Assembly: GCA_963663165.1 (NCBI GenBank) | Contig: OY760175.1 | Location: 5,280,001 to 5,344,000, forward strand | Reading direction: 5' to 3' | DNA from: an uncultured Desulfospira sp. | Lineage (GTDB): Bacteria; Desulfobacterota; Desulfobacteria; Desulfobacterales; Desulfobacteraceae | Length of the DNA: 64,000 bases | Shown here: one piece after another, positions 8,058-18,636 of the stretch | Layout of the letters: each line of letters opens with the position of its first letter | Numbering within the stretch: position 1 is the stretch's first letter | Program-made: the position numbers and the translations under genes | Notes under the pieces: generated by a model | The model's input: only the letters and a program-made list of their open reading frames with translations | What the model was told of the DNA's origin: nothing | Databases searched by the model: none

Positions 8058-9026
8058 TTAAAGAGAAAAATCCGGGCAGGTGTTGAAGAAATCTGTCACA
8101 TTCCGGATATAGGCGTGGGGGGATGTGGATTTAAGGATTTGTTTTAAGGGCTTTGGGTGCCCTTTAAAGGAAGGGCCTAAAAATGTCCAGAATCCTTTCA
8201 TCCGGTCAATGAGATGGGCGGGGCCGGAGAAAATTTTTTCATATTCCTTGAGCAGATCGTCATGGAATGCCGAAAGCCGGGTCAGCCGGTCTTTGCCCGG
8301 GGGGGGCGGTATCTGCCGGATATCTTCGGCAAGAAAGGGATTGGCCAGAATACCCCGGCCGATCATGAACCGGTGAACCTGCGGGAACCGGTTCCGGACC
8401 CGTTCAAATGATGCGCGGTCCACAATATCACCGTTGTAGGTAAAGGAATGCCGGCTGCAGGCCACGGCTTTTTCAAATGCGTCAAGGTCTGATGTTCCGT
8501 CATACATCTGCACCCCTGTCCGGGGATGAAGAATGATCTCTTCAAGGTCGTGCCGGTCCAGCATGGGGATCAATTCGTGGATTTCATCCTTTGATTTTCG
8601 TCCCAGGCGGATTTTAACGGACAGTGAGGCTGATATCTCGGGGATGATTTCCGATAAAAGCCGGTCAATTTTTTCCGGATACAAAAGAAGGCCTGACCCC
8701 CGGTCCTTTTTGGCGATTTTGGAATGGGGACAGCCCAGGTTCCAGTTGATCCGTTTATGGCCCATGGCATACAGATGCTGGGAAAGAAAGATGAAATCCC
8801 GGGCATGGTTTCCCAAAATCTGGGGAACCACTGGCAGAGACTGGTTTAATTCGGGCAGAACGTCTTTGATTCTGGAGGGTTTGAGCCGGTATTCTCCCAT
8901 GGTGGAAATAAACGGGGCAATGGCCTCATCCAGCCCTGAAAAATGCCGGGCATGGACATTTCTAAAGGTCACATCCGTGAATCCCTGCAACGGGGCAAGG
9001 ATGAGAGAGATTTTTTGATTTTCCAT
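8058..9026 (-). CDS. tRNA-dihydrouridine synthase (Dus family)
   Basis: LAPLQGFTD, NWNLGCP, GSGLL, SVKIRLG, HPRT, YNGDI and MIGRG motifs; start moved to MENQK. Confidence 0.9.
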   Translation of the reverse strand: MENQKISLILAPLQGFTDVTFRNVHARHFSGLDEAIAPFISTMGEYRLKPSRIKDVLPELNQSLPVVPQILGNHARDFIFLSQHLYAMGHKRINWNLGCPHSKIAKKDRGSGLLLYPEKIDRLLSEIIPEISASLSVKIRLGRKSKDEIHELIPMLDRHDLEEIILHPRTGVQMYDGTSDLDAFEKAVACSRHSFTYNGDIVDRASFERVRNRFPQVHRFMIGRGILANPFLAEDIRQIPPPPGKDRLTRLSAFHDDLLKEYEKIFSGPAHLIDRMKGFWTFLGPSFKGHPKPLKQILKSTSPHAYIRNVTDFFNTCPDFSL

Positions 9027-9254
9027 TATATTTCCATGAAAACAAAAGGCTGCGGATAAAAAAACTTTGACAACCCAAAGGCTATAAATTATAGAATCAA
9101 AAACATTTTGGCCTGAGTCTATAATAACCATCATGGACAGGCCGGGCATTTGAACCAGGCATCGCCCACCGTCTTACTGTGGCGCCTGGTATCATTTTAA
9201 CCGGAAGATTCATATAAAAAAAATTTTAAAATTGCAAGGAGTACCTTTAAAATT

Positions 9255-11036
9255 ATGAAAGCGCTTTACAGGGAGGTTATCAGGATCAATCAGATGGTTG
9301 ACAACCAGGACAAGGCTGAAACGGCACAATCCTTTTTTGAAAAACTCAACCAGATGGCATTGCCGGATACATTTAACTGGGCCAAAGAGATCTTTGAAGA
9401 TCTTCATGTAAAAGAAACTCCGGATAAAACCGCATTGATATGGAGTGATATCCATACCACAGAAACCCTCACCTTTTCCTACCGCACCATCCTTCAAAAG
9501 GCCAATCAGCTGATTAATCTGTTAAGTGCCCATGGTATCGGGCACAAAAACAACATGTACCTGATGGCCCCCATTGTGCCGGAAATGTGGTTTGCCAGCC
9601 TTGCCTGCATCAAAGCCGGCATTGTCAGCGTGCCCACGGCCACCACCATGACCGCAAGGGAACTTGAATACCGGTTTGAAACCTTTAAACCCGATGTGGT
9701 CCTGGCTGATCCGGATTCTGCCGGGCTCATTGAAAAGGCGGCTGAAATAAGCGGTGTGAATCCAAAGGTTAAACTGGTCCTGGGAGAACGGGAAGGCTGG
9801 ATTCCCTTTAGTGAAATTGACGGACAGCCAGATGAGGCCCAGGCGGCTGAAACCGAATCCAATGAAACCCTGTTTTGCTTTTTTACCTCCGGCACCACCG
9901 GGCTGCCCAAGCGGGTGGGGCATACGGCGGTTTCCTATCCCCTGGGCCATTTGTCCACCACGGTGATGACCGGGGTTCGGCCCGACGACGTTCACAACAA
10001 TTTGAGTGCCCCCGGCTGGGGAAAATGGGCCTGGTCCAGTTTTTTTGTTCCGTTTAATGTCGGGGCCACTCTGGCGGGTTTTGCGTTTAAGTCCATGGAT
10101 GGAGAGCAGTACCTGGATGCGGTGGTGGCCAATAAGGTCACCACGTTCTGCGCCCCGCCCACGGCATGGCGGATGTTTGTCAATATGAACCTGGACTCTT
10201 TTGACCTGTCCCATCTTCGCCAGTCCATGAGTGCCGGGGAGCCCCTGAACCCTGAAGTGATTACCCAGTGGGAAAAATACACCCATACCGAAATCAGGGA
10301 TTTTTACGGCCAGACTGAAACCACAGCCATGATCGGCAATTTCCCCTGGATGGCCGGGAAAATGCGGTCCGGATCATTCGGGGTTCCTTCGCCCATGTAT
10401 GATGTGACCCTCTCCGATGATGAGGGAAATGTAATTACTGAACCTGACCAGGTCGGCCATATCGTCATCCGGTTGACCCGGTGGCGGGGCCTTGGGCTGT
10501 TTTCGGAATATATCGGGAACCCTGAAAAAATGAGCGCTGTTTTTGTGGACGATTTTTACTATACCGGAGACCGGGCTTCATTTGACAGTGACGGATACTG
10601 GTGGTTTGTGGGACGGGCCGATGATGTCATCAAATCTTCGGACTACCGGATCGGCCCCTTTGAGGTGGAAAGCGCACTGCTTGAACATCCCTCGGTTGCC
10701 GAGACCGCGGTTGTGGGGGCACCGGACCCTAACCGGTATCAGCTGGTCAAGGCCTATGTTATCCTGAACTCCGGTTATGAGGGCAACCGGGACCTTGCCC
10801 TTGAACTTTTCAAGCATACCATCAACATCCTGGCCCGGTTCAAGATTCCCCGAATCATAGAATTTGTCAGCGAGGTGCCCAAAACCATCTCCGGGAAAAT
10901 CCGCCGGGTGGAACTTAGGGATATGGAGATCTCAAAACAGGATGGCGAGGGCGGCGAGCCCATCACAGAATATTTTTACTGGGATTTCCCAGAGCTCAGT
11001 TCCAGTTTTAAAGAGGAGCCGGACAGCCGGGGTTAA
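9255..11036 (+). CDS. AMP-forming acyl-CoA synthetase (medium-chain/acetate-CoA ligase-like)
   Basis: FTSGTTGLPK, YGQTET, YTGD, GRADD and PKTISGKIRR adenylation motifs. Confidence 0.9.
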   Translation: MKALYREVIRINQMVDNQDKAETAQSFFEKLNQMALPDTFNWAKEIFEDLHVKETPDKTALIWSDIHTTETLTFSYRTILQKANQLINLLSAHGIGHKNNMYLMAPIVPEMWFASLACIKAGIVSVPTATTMTARELEYRFETFKPDVVLADPDSAGLIEKAAEISGVNPKVKLVLGEREGWIPFSEIDGQPDEAQAAETESNETLFCFFTSGTTGLPKRVGHTAVSYPLGHLSTTVMTGVRPDDVHNNLSAPGWGKWAWSSFFVPFNVGATLAGFAFKSMDGEQYLDAVVANKVTTFCAPPTAWRMFVNMNLDSFDLSHLRQSMSAGEPLNPEVITQWEKYTHTEIRDFYGQTETTAMIGNFPWMAGKMRSGSFGVPSPMYDVTLSDDEGNVITEPDQVGHIVIRLTRWRGLGLFSEYIGNPEKMSAVFVDDFYYTGDRASFDSDGYWWFVGRADDVIKSSDYRIGPFEVESALLEHPSVAETAVVGAPDPNRYQLVKAYVILNSGYEGNRDLALELFKHTINILARFKIPRIIEFVSEVPKTISGKIRRVELRDMEISKQDGEGGEPITEYFYWDFPELSSSFKEEPDSRG

Positions 11037-11062
11037 CGCTATTCCCCGACGATTGTCCTAAA

Positions 11063-11234
11063 TAGTGTTTGAACGGAAACCCCGTGTTTGGACGAAAAGT
11101 TGCCCAGATGAAAGGCGCAAAAAAATTTAAAACCGGAGCAGCCATGGGGTTGTGAGGATTGCAAATTTTTCTGCAACGCAGCAGATGGGTGACTTTGTGA
11201 GCTAAAGCTCCTCTAACGAGCCGTTCAAACACTA
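11063..11234. mobile_element. 172-bp MITE with 14-bp terminal inverted repeats (family C); degenerate copies near 26397-26471 and 39242-39310, solo end near 49024-49037
   Basis: TAGTGTTTGAACGG/CCGTTCAAACACTA perfect TIR; internal CACCCATCTGC and TTTGCA motifs shared between copies. Confidence 0.75.
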
Positions 11235-11465
11235 AATATATGCATTCAATCTCTTGCCCCTCTGTGCAGTTTGGCGCAAGCCAAACCTCGGTGTCCTCTG
11301 TGGTTTAAAAACATAAAATCCCGAAGGGGTTGAATGGTTCTTCTTTAGCTTCCCGGTTTTTATAAATTGTGGGCTTCGCCCAGGCTTTAAATTAAACCAC
11401 AGAGGGGCACAGAGAAACACAGAGTTTCAGTGCTGCGCACTGAAATGGCGTTCGGAACGCTTAAG
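11235..11465. repeat. ~230-bp multi-hairpin CACAGAG/CTCTGTG element (family B); inverted copy at 42716-42944
   Basis: Near-identical reverse-complement copy about 31 kb away; four small hairpins. Confidence 0.85.
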
Positions 11466-11512
11466 CAATAGGTGAGTTGCCGCGGTTAGCCTATCCCCCT
11501 TCAGTCTTCAGC

Positions 11513-12022
11513 CTAAGTCCCTTTCAAAACCCTGTATTTTGCCAGCACATGCCCGCTGTCGAATTTAATCTCCTCAAAGAGTTCAAGCTGGGCATCCAAA
11601 GGACGGGTAAACAGGGTCAGGCCCTGTCCAAACAGTTTCGGGACCACGGTCAGGTGAATTTCATCGATCAGGTCCTGTGCCATGAAAAGGGTATTTACCG
11701 TGGCCCCGCCGATAAGGGCGGCACATTGAAACCCCTGTGCAGACAGTGCTTCAATGATCTGTTCTGGGGCAAGATCAGTGAACACCAGGTTTTTATCCTG
11801 GCTTTTCCGGGACTTGTCCCGGGTCATGACCACGCTTTTGCGGCCGGGAAGGACCTTTCCAATGGTGTCCCAGGTTTTAGAGCCCATGATCATTACCCCG
11901 GCTTTTTTAGTTGTTTTCACAAAATATTGTTTATCGGCTTTCCCGGTCCAGTCCGCAAAGTGATTGGCGTCCCGCGCAATCATCCCGTCAGCGGTTACGG
12001 CCATTAAAAGAACTATTTTCAT
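11513..12022 (-). CDS. Dihydrofolate reductase family protein
   Basis: MAVTADGMIA, IMGSKTW, LPGRKSVVMTR, IGGA and IDEIHLT motifs. Confidence 0.85.
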   Translation of the reverse strand: MKIVLLMAVTADGMIARDANHFADWTGKADKQYFVKTTKKAGVMIMGSKTWDTIGKVLPGRKSVVMTRDKSRKSQDKNLVFTDLAPEQIIEALSAQGFQCAALIGGATVNTLFMAQDLIDEIHLTVVPKLFGQGLTLFTRPLDAQLELFEEIKFDSGHVLAKYRVLKGT

Positions 12023-12198
12023 TGTCTGGTTCCCCAAGTGGTTGTGTTCCTAACAGGTTATAGGCTGTTTTTCAGGCAATGGCAAATTTTGAATAAAATT
12101 GGTATTGACAATTGCACAATAGAATATACTTTGTTTTTAAAGTTAGTTTTGGCTAATAAATGATATGATCCAAATGGGTCTTGAAAGGACGGTGCCAT

Positions 12199-12375
12199 AT
12201 GGAAAAGAGAATAAATCAGGTCAGTGACAATTACTGCAACGTATTGGAACAGCGCCGCCTGGTAGCAGAAATGACCAGATGCGACCGGGCAGAAGACCCT
12301 CAGGAAAGCCGGTATGAGTGTTACCTGAGAGCGGCCAGGGAAAGCCGAGAGAGCAACGGCTGCCTGTATGGATAG
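12199..12375 (+). CDS. Small hypothetical four-Cys protein (58 aa)
   Basis: AAAGGA RBS; sole ORF in the gap; Cys at 13, 28, 41 and 55. Confidence 0.6.
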   Translation: MEKRINQVSDNYCNVLEQRRLVAEMTRCDRAEDPQESRYECYLRAARESRESNGCLYG

Positions 12376-12385
12376 AATAATAGGT

Positions 12386-12460
12386 TAGGCTGAAGACTGA
12401 AAGTTTTTAGGCTGAAGGAAGCGGGAGCTATCTACCTTCAGTCTAAATTCCTTCAGCCTA
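12386..12460. repeat. Palindromic heptamer array (AGRCTGA family); related copies at 11498-11515 and 14487-14569
   Basis: AGGCTGA/AGACTGA units and complementary TCAGTCT/TCAGCCT units. Confidence 0.75.
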
Positions 12461-14338
12461 TTCCCCTAAATTCTTGTCGATGGGCTCAAAATTCATCTCA
12501 ATATCGATTTCACCGCTGATGTTCCGGGTCATTTTGGCATTGGGATACCGTTTGAGAAAAACATTGAGCATTTTTTTATTTTCAGCCAGGGTGGTGGCGA
12601 TGAACCGTTTGTAGTTGTTTTCCCGGGCAATTTTTTCAAGGGATTTGAGCAGGAATGTGGCAATTCCCTTGCCGTGGAGGTCTTCTTTGACCAGAAACGC
12701 CACTTCGGCTGAATCTTTTCCCACTTCGGCATAGGAGCCGATGGCCACAATCTGCTTTCTTTTGCCGATCTGCATGAGGCCGATCAGGCTCATGTTTCTG
12801 CGGTAATCCACCTCAGCCCACTGCTGCTGAAGCATTTCTCTTGAAAAGACCTTCCGTTTGTTAAAAAACCGGAAATAAATGGATGTTTCCTGAAGCGAGT
12901 AGTAAAAATGGCGGGATTCAAATTCATCAGAAGGCAGCAGGGGCCTGAAATCGACACTTTTTCCGCTGGGCAGTTTCATGGAATCAATGTATGAATCCAG
13001 GAACATCAAATCCTTGGTGGTGGGGGGCAGCTGGTCCGGGAAAATATAATGCCGCTTCTTGGCCTCTTCAATCAGGCCTTTTCTGAATTTGGGGTGGGCG
13101 ATCTGGGCCAGTTCAATGACCCGCTGGTAAATGCTTTTTCGGCGCATTTCCGCAATGCCGTATTCCGTGACAATGATATCAACATCCCCCCGGGTGGTGG
13201 CCACTCCCGCCCCTTCGCTTAAATGGGGGACGATTCTGGACACTTCCCCGTTCTGGGCGGTAGACGGTATAATGATAATGGAAAATCCCCCGTTGGACAT
13301 GGCCGATCCCCGGATAAAATCCACCTGGTCCCCGATCCCCGAGTAAAACAGATATCCTTTGGAGTCCGTACAGACCTGGCCGGTGAGGTCTACCTCAAGG
13401 GCGGAGCTGATGGAAATAAAATGATCGTTGTTGGCAATGATGTTGGGGTCATTGACAAACTGGGAGGTCCGAAAGTGGAACATGGGGTTGTTGTCCACAT
13501 AATCATACAGGGCTCTGGAGCCCATGCACAGGGACGCCACCACCCGGTCCCGAACATAGTTTTTCTTCCGGTTGGTGATCACCTTTTTTTGAAACAGGGG
13601 CAAAAATCCTTCGGTGATGACCTGGGTATGCAGTCCCAGATCTTTTTTATCGGAAAGATAGGGAAGAATGGCATCGGGCAGATGGCCGAACCCGATCTGG
13701 AGGGTGGAGCCGTCATCCACCAGCATGTTGACATAGTGGCCGATCCGTTCGACCACCATCTGGTTTTTGGGGGTGGGCAAGGATTCCAGCAGCGGCTCGT
13801 CCACTTGAACCAGATAATCAATTTCATCAATGTGAACCAGGGCGTCACCCAGGGTTCTGGGCATCTGGGGGTTGACCTGGGCAATCACAATTTCAGCATT
13901 TTTCATTCCGGACAGGGTAATGTCAACGGAAATCCCCAAAGAGCAATAGCCGTGTTTGTCCGGCGGAGAAACCTGGATCAGGGCGACATCCAGGCCGATT
14001 TCCTGGGTCTCGAAAATTTTGGGGATCTGGGACAGATAAACCGGGATATAGTCAATTTTACCTTCAAAGGCGGACTGCCGCATGGCCAGGGATATAAAAA
14101 ACAGTTTAATGGAAAACCGGGCAAGGAAATGTTTATCATTAACATACTGGGACAGCGTGGAGGACAGCATCTGGTAAATCACAATGTCCTGGATGCTGGT
14201 ATCTTTTACCATGGCGTGGATCAGGCATTGGGGTTCGCCGCATCCCGTACCGATAAAAACCCTGGAGCCGTTTTTGATTTTTTTTACGCTTTGTTCCGGC
14301 GTAAGAATTTTCTCCGGGTATTGTTGGCTGATATCCAT
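12458..14338 (-). CDS. Acetyl-CoA hydrolase/transferase fused to a C-terminal GNAT domain
   Basis: QVSPPDKHGYCSLG, LQIGFG, SGIGDQVDF and VTEYGIA motifs; GNAT AEVAFLV..DLHGKGIAT. Confidence 0.9.
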   Translation of the reverse strand: MDISQQYPEKILTPEQSVKKIKNGSRVFIGTGCGEPQCLIHAMVKDTSIQDIVIYQMLSSTLSQYVNDKHFLARFSIKLFFISLAMRQSAFEGKIDYIPVYLSQIPKIFETQEIGLDVALIQVSPPDKHGYCSLGISVDITLSGMKNAEIVIAQVNPQMPRTLGDALVHIDEIDYLVQVDEPLLESLPTPKNQMVVERIGHYVNMLVDDGSTLQIGFGHLPDAILPYLSDKKDLGLHTQVITEGFLPLFQKKVITNRKKNYVRDRVVASLCMGSRALYDYVDNNPMFHFRTSQFVNDPNIIANNDHFISISSALEVDLTGQVCTDSKGYLFYSGIGDQVDFIRGSAMSNGGFSIIIIPSTAQNGEVSRIVPHLSEGAGVATTRGDVDIIVTEYGIAEMRRKSIYQRVIELAQIAHPKFRKGLIEEAKKRHYIFPDQLPPTTKDLMFLDSYIDSMKLPSGKSVDFRPLLPSDEFESRHFYYSLQETSIYFRFFNKRKVFSREMLQQQWAEVDYRRNMSLIGLMQIGKRKQIVAIGSYAEVGKDSAEVAFLVKEDLHGKGIATFLLKSLEKIARENNYKRFIATTLAENKKMLNVFLKRYPNAKMTRNISGEIDIEMNFEPIDKNLGE

Positions 14339-14566
14339 GGGGGTGTTTCTCCTGTGTGAACTGGCAATGGGTTAAACGCTCAACCTGGAAAGGCAAATTA
14401 ATGTAAGATCCGGTTAAACTTTTTTAGCCTTATCCATATCTTGTTTACCAGAATCCTATAAAAACAGCAATTTTAAAAAAGGGATTTAGGCTGAAGACTG
14501 AAGGCTGTCAGGGTAAAGGAAGCCAGCCCTTTGCCGTTGTCAGCTTTCGGTCTGAATCCCTTCGGT

Positions 14567-14890
14567 CTATGCACCTTTTTTCCCGGTTGTTTCATCAATC
14601 CAGTCCAGAAACGGCCCGTACCCTTTTTCAATGGGAATCTGTACGATCTGGGGGACCTCATAGGGATGGCGCTCCAGGATAAAGGCTTCAAGGGCGTTAT
14701 ACAGGTGGTGCCGGGTTTTCATCACCAGCCGGATCTCAGACTCATGGCATGTCTTTCCCTTCCAGGTATACCAGCTGGTGATGGGGCTTAGCTGAACACA
14801 GGCCGCAAGCCCTTGCTCCACAGCGCCGGACGCAATAGCTTCTGCCTCTTCCATGCGCTTGCAGGTGGCCACTACCATAATATAGCTCAT
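14567..14890 (-). CDS. cutA: Divalent-cation tolerance protein CutA
   Basis: LAACVQ, SWYTWKG and HPYEVPQI motifs. Confidence 0.92.
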   Translation of the reverse strand: MSYIMVVATCKRMEEAEAIASGAVEQGLAACVQLSPITSWYTWKGKTCHESEIRLVMKTRHHLYNALEAFILERHPYEVPQIVQIPIEKGYGPFLDWIDETTGKKGA

Positions 14891-14977
14891 TTTTTATCCT
14901 GCCTGGTTTGTTGCCAGCATATCAATGTCATTTAAGGGTATAGCATACCATACGTTAAATTTGACGAAAACGCCAGT

Positions 14978-16237
14978 TTACGGTTGCATAACCTTTGGTT
15001 TAAAATTTAACGTGGCAAAATAATCGGCCATGGTTTCGGCCCGCCTTATACGTTCCACCTTAAGGTCTTTTCTTAAAATCAGTTCCTGGGGCCGCAGCTG
15101 GCCGTTGTAGTTGAATCCCATGGCATGGCCGTGGGCACCCGTGTCATGGATAACCAGAAGATCTCCCAATTGGGTTGGCGGCAGTTTCCTTTGGATGGCG
15201 AATTTATCGTTGTTTTCGCAAAGGGCCCCCACAACGTCCACGGTTTGGGAACAGGGTTCATGGTCTTTCCCGTGGATATGGACGTGGTGATAGGCCCCGT
15301 ACATGCCCGGCCTCATCAGGGATGACATGGAGGCGTCCACGCCCACATAGTTCCGGTAGATGGCTTTATGGTTGATGACCCGGGTGACCAGCACCCCGTG
15401 GGGGCCGGTAATAAAACGGCCGCTTTCCATACAAAGCCGGGGGACCCAGTTGTTCCTTGTTTTAAAGGATGCAAAGGAGGCTTCAATCCCTTTGGCCATG
15501 CCGTTCAGGTCAAAGGGCTCGGCATCGGGAAGATAAGGAATGCCGAGCCCGCCCCCGATATTGATGAATTCCACTTTGATGTCAAGCTTTTGGTCAAGCT
15601 GTTCAACCACTTCCAGGAGCATGTCGGCGGTTTCCACCATATAGGTATAATTCAGTTCGTTGGAGGCCAGCATGGTGTGAAGGCCGAACCGTAATGCCCC
15701 CATGTCCTTGGCTTTCTGGTAGGCCTCCAGGATCTGGTCATAGCTGACCCCGTATTTGGCCTCTACCGGGTTGCCGATAATGGTGTTGCCGGTTCTTCTG
15801 GAACCCGGGTTGTATCTAAAGCAGATCAGATCCGGGACCCGGGACAGTTTAGAAAGCAGGGATATGTCGTCCAGGTTGATAACGGCCCCGTCTTTGTCCA
15901 TGGCAAAATCAAGCTGGGCCCGGCTGGTGTTGTTGGAGGTAAACATGATCTCTTCCGCCTTGGCCCCCAATTGTCTGGCCAGTTCAACTTCCGGAACGGA
16001 ACTGCAGTCAAACCCGAACCCCTTAGCCTTGAGCAGGGCCATGACCGAAGGGTTGGGAAGGGCCTTTACGGCAAAAAATTCTTTAAAGCCGTTAAAATTT
16101 TTAAATGCCGTGTTGACCTGATCGCAGGTCTGCTCCATACCGGCTTCATCATAGATGTGAAACGGGGTGCCAAAAGTTTGTGCAATTTGGGGAAGAAGGG
16201 GGGACAGTCTGTTTTTAAAATCATCTGACATGGGCAT
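14978..16237 (-). CDS. lysA: Diaminopimelate decarboxylase
   Basis: FAVKALPN PLP lysine, NIGGG, ESGRFI, GALCENND and GAHGHAMGFNYN motifs. Confidence 0.9.
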   Translation of the reverse strand: MPMSDDFKNRLSPLLPQIAQTFGTPFHIYDEAGMEQTCDQVNTAFKNFNGFKEFFAVKALPNPSVMALLKAKGFGFDCSSVPEVELARQLGAKAEEIMFTSNNTSRAQLDFAMDKDGAVINLDDISLLSKLSRVPDLICFRYNPGSRRTGNTIIGNPVEAKYGVSYDQILEAYQKAKDMGALRFGLHTMLASNELNYTYMVETADMLLEVVEQLDQKLDIKVEFINIGGGLGIPYLPDAEPFDLNGMAKGIEASFASFKTRNNWVPRLCMESGRFITGPHGVLVTRVINHKAIYRNYVGVDASMSSLMRPGMYGAYHHVHIHGKDHEPCSQTVDVVGALCENNDKFAIQRKLPPTQLGDLLVIHDTGAHGHAMGFNYNGQLRPQELILRKDLKVERIRRAETMADYFATLNFKPKVMQP

Positions 16238-16261
16238 GGGGTTGGGTTCCTTTTTTATTAA

Positions 16262-16344
16262 AGCTGTTAGCCATTAGCTTTTAGCTATTAGCAGGCGGAC
16301 TGACAGCTAATGGCTAACGGCTGAATGCTAACAGCTAATGGCTA
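16262..16344. repeat. Palindromic heptamer array (TTAGCY family); second copy at 21032-21113
   Basis: TTAGCCA/TTAGCTT units and complementary GCTAACA/GCTAATG units. Confidence 0.8.
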
Positions 16345-16800
16345 TATACTCTCCGGCAACACTATCTTGGCGCTTTCCTTAAAAGAGGACAGGACAATAT
16401 GGGTTTTAATGCTTTCCAATTGGCCTGCTCCGGTAATCTGGGTTTTAATGATCTGTTCCAACTCCTGGTTGCCGGATACCCTTAATTTGGCCACCAGGCA
16501 GTCATCTCCGGCAATGTAGTGGACCTCCTGAATCTGGCCTATGGCAGACAGGGCCTTGCCGGTCTCCCATATCCTTGAGGGGTCCTTTACCCTGATGTGG
16601 GCAAAGACAACCATGGTGGACCGGAACATTTCGGGGTTGAGCCGGACCTCGTATCCCTGGATGACCCCTCGGGCCTCAAGTTTCTTAATCCGCTCAAGCA
16701 CGGCAGAGGGGGCCATTCCTACGGTCCGGGCCACTTCTACATTGGGTATCCTGGCTTTTTTTTGCAGGATCTTTAGAATCTGTAAATCTGTTTTATCCAT
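16342..16800 (-). CDS. Lrp/AsnC family transcriptional regulator
   Basis: MDKTDLQILKILQ..ARI HTH, ERIKKLEARGVI, IAGDDC. Confidence 0.92.
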   Translation of the reverse strand: MDKTDLQILKILQKKARIPNVEVARTVGMAPSAVLERIKKLEARGVIQGYEVRLNPEMFRSTMVVFAHIRVKDPSRIWETGKALSAIGQIQEVHYIAGDDCLVAKLRVSGNQELEQIIKTQITGAGQLESIKTHIVLSSFKESAKIVLPESI

Positions 16801-17031
16801 TTGGTTTCTTGTGGATTTATAAACTGCGATTTGGACGGATAATATTCACCGTAATGGCAAAAGTCAAGAATAAAATGTTTGTCATTTGCGGTTTGTATCG
16901 AATGATGTTCTAAAGACGCCCTCAATTCTATTTGTTTTGATTTTGGTTGATAAAACGGCCGGATTCATATACATTAAACAGACACTGGCTCTTGACTCTA
17001 AACTATTCTTACAATCTGAAAAATACTTAGA

Positions 17032-18564
17032 ATGAATACCCAGCCAATTGAAATTCTGGTGGTAGATGATGAAGAAGGCATTCTTGATGTAACAGAAGGC
17101 TATTTCAGCCGGAAAGGGTACAAAGTTTATACCGCGGGCAATGGCGCCCAGGCCCTTGAAGTGGTCAAAGAAAAAAAAATCAGCTGTATATTTACGGATA
17201 TCAATATGCCGGTGATGGACGGCCTTGAACTTGCCGAACAGGTCAGGCATTTGGAAAACACGCTTCCCGTGGTGGTGATGACCGGATATCCGTCCCTGGA
17301 AAATTCCATCGCCACTTTAAAAAACGGGGTGGTGGATTACCTGATCAAGCCCGTGAATTTAGAGCAGATGGAAATGACCTTAAGGCGGGTTCTCAGGGAA
17401 CGTGAGCTGCTGGTTGAGAACCTGATTCTAAAAGAAGAGGTAGAGCGTAAAGAACGGTTAGAACAGCTCAATAACGAACTGATAGCGCGGGTAAAAGATG
17501 TTAATACCCTGAACCGGATAATGGAGGATTTTTCTTCCACGGACTCCACCCATGGGGTTTACGATAAAGTGGTTGATTTAGGGGTGGAAGAGCTGGAAGC
17601 CGATAAGGTGTTTTTCCATTTTTATGCGGAACAGGAACACTCTTTGATAATGATTACCCAGGCTTCAAAGGATGTAGTCTTTCCCATGGATGCGTCGGCA
17701 TTTGACAAGGATATTCCGGCCAAAACCAGGGAATACATTATCGGTATCATTGAGGCTGACGACAAACCGTCTTTGATTCAGGATTCGTTAAACAACCGGC
17801 AGATTGATGACAACATCAACTCCTGCATGGTGGTCCCCCTTAAAATCAGGGACCAGATTTTCGGCGTGGCCAGTGCCTTTATCTTCAGCCCGGGCCGGTT
17901 TTTTGATGAAAAAGACATTTACTACATGACATTTATTACCCAGAAGGCCGCTTCCGCCATTGAGAATATTGCCCTTTACGGCAACATTATTGAAAATCTG
18001 GTTTCCACGCTCAGGGCTTTTGTTACCGCCCTTGAGGCCAGGGATTCATATACCAGGGAGCATTCCACCCGGGTGGCCGAGTTTGCCTATGCCATTGCCG
18101 AATATATGGGATGCACCCAGGAAGAGCTTGAAATCATAGATTTTGCCGGAAGTCTTCATGATATCGGAAAAATCGGCATTCCGGACGATATTTTGCTCAA
18201 GCCGGGAAAGCTCAACGATGAGGAGTACGAAAAAATAAAAGAACATCCCCGGATCGGGGCAGATATCGTCGGCAAACTCGGCGTCTGGGACCGTGAAGTG
18301 GAAATCATCCGGTGCCATCATGAGCGGTTTGACGGAAAAGGATATCCCGGCGGATTAAAGGGGGAAGAGATCCCAAAGCTTGCCCGGATCATGTCCGTGG
18401 CAGACTGTTTTGATGCCATGGCCTCTGACCGCTCTTACAGAAAACGGATGGATACGGATCTGGTGTATCAAATCATCAGGAGAAATTCAGGTTCCCAGTT
18501 TGATCCTAAGGTGGTGGAAGCCTTTTTTCAGATTGCCGATCAGGAGTTATTCCATGACCTTTAA
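17032..18564 (+). CDS. Response regulator REC-GAF-HD-GYP (c-di-GMP phosphodiesterase)
   Basis: ILVVDD...TDINMP REC; central GAF-like region; HDIGKIG and HHERFDGKGYP. Confidence 0.9.
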   Translation: MNTQPIEILVVDDEEGILDVTEGYFSRKGYKVYTAGNGAQALEVVKEKKISCIFTDINMPVMDGLELAEQVRHLENTLPVVVMTGYPSLENSIATLKNGVVDYLIKPVNLEQMEMTLRRVLRERELLVENLILKEEVERKERLEQLNNELIARVKDVNTLNRIMEDFSSTDSTHGVYDKVVDLGVEELEADKVFFHFYAEQEHSLIMITQASKDVVFPMDASAFDKDIPAKTREYIIGIIEADDKPSLIQDSLNNRQIDDNINSCMVVPLKIRDQIFGVASAFIFSPGRFFDEKDIYYMTFITQKAASAIENIALYGNIIENLVSTLRAFVTALEARDSYTREHSTRVAEFAYAIAEYMGCTQEELEIIDFAGSLHDIGKIGIPDDILLKPGKLNDEEYEKIKEHPRIGADIVGKLGVWDREVEIIRCHHERFDGKGYPGGLKGEEIPKLARIMSVADCFDAMASDRSYRKRMDTDLVYQIIRRNSGSQFDPKVVEAFFQIADQELFHDL

Positions 18565-18636
18565 TTGGTTGAGTCGGGTTTTAAAATGTGTTAATCTGAT
18601 AATTAAAGATTTAAGAACATATGGAGCGATTTCACA

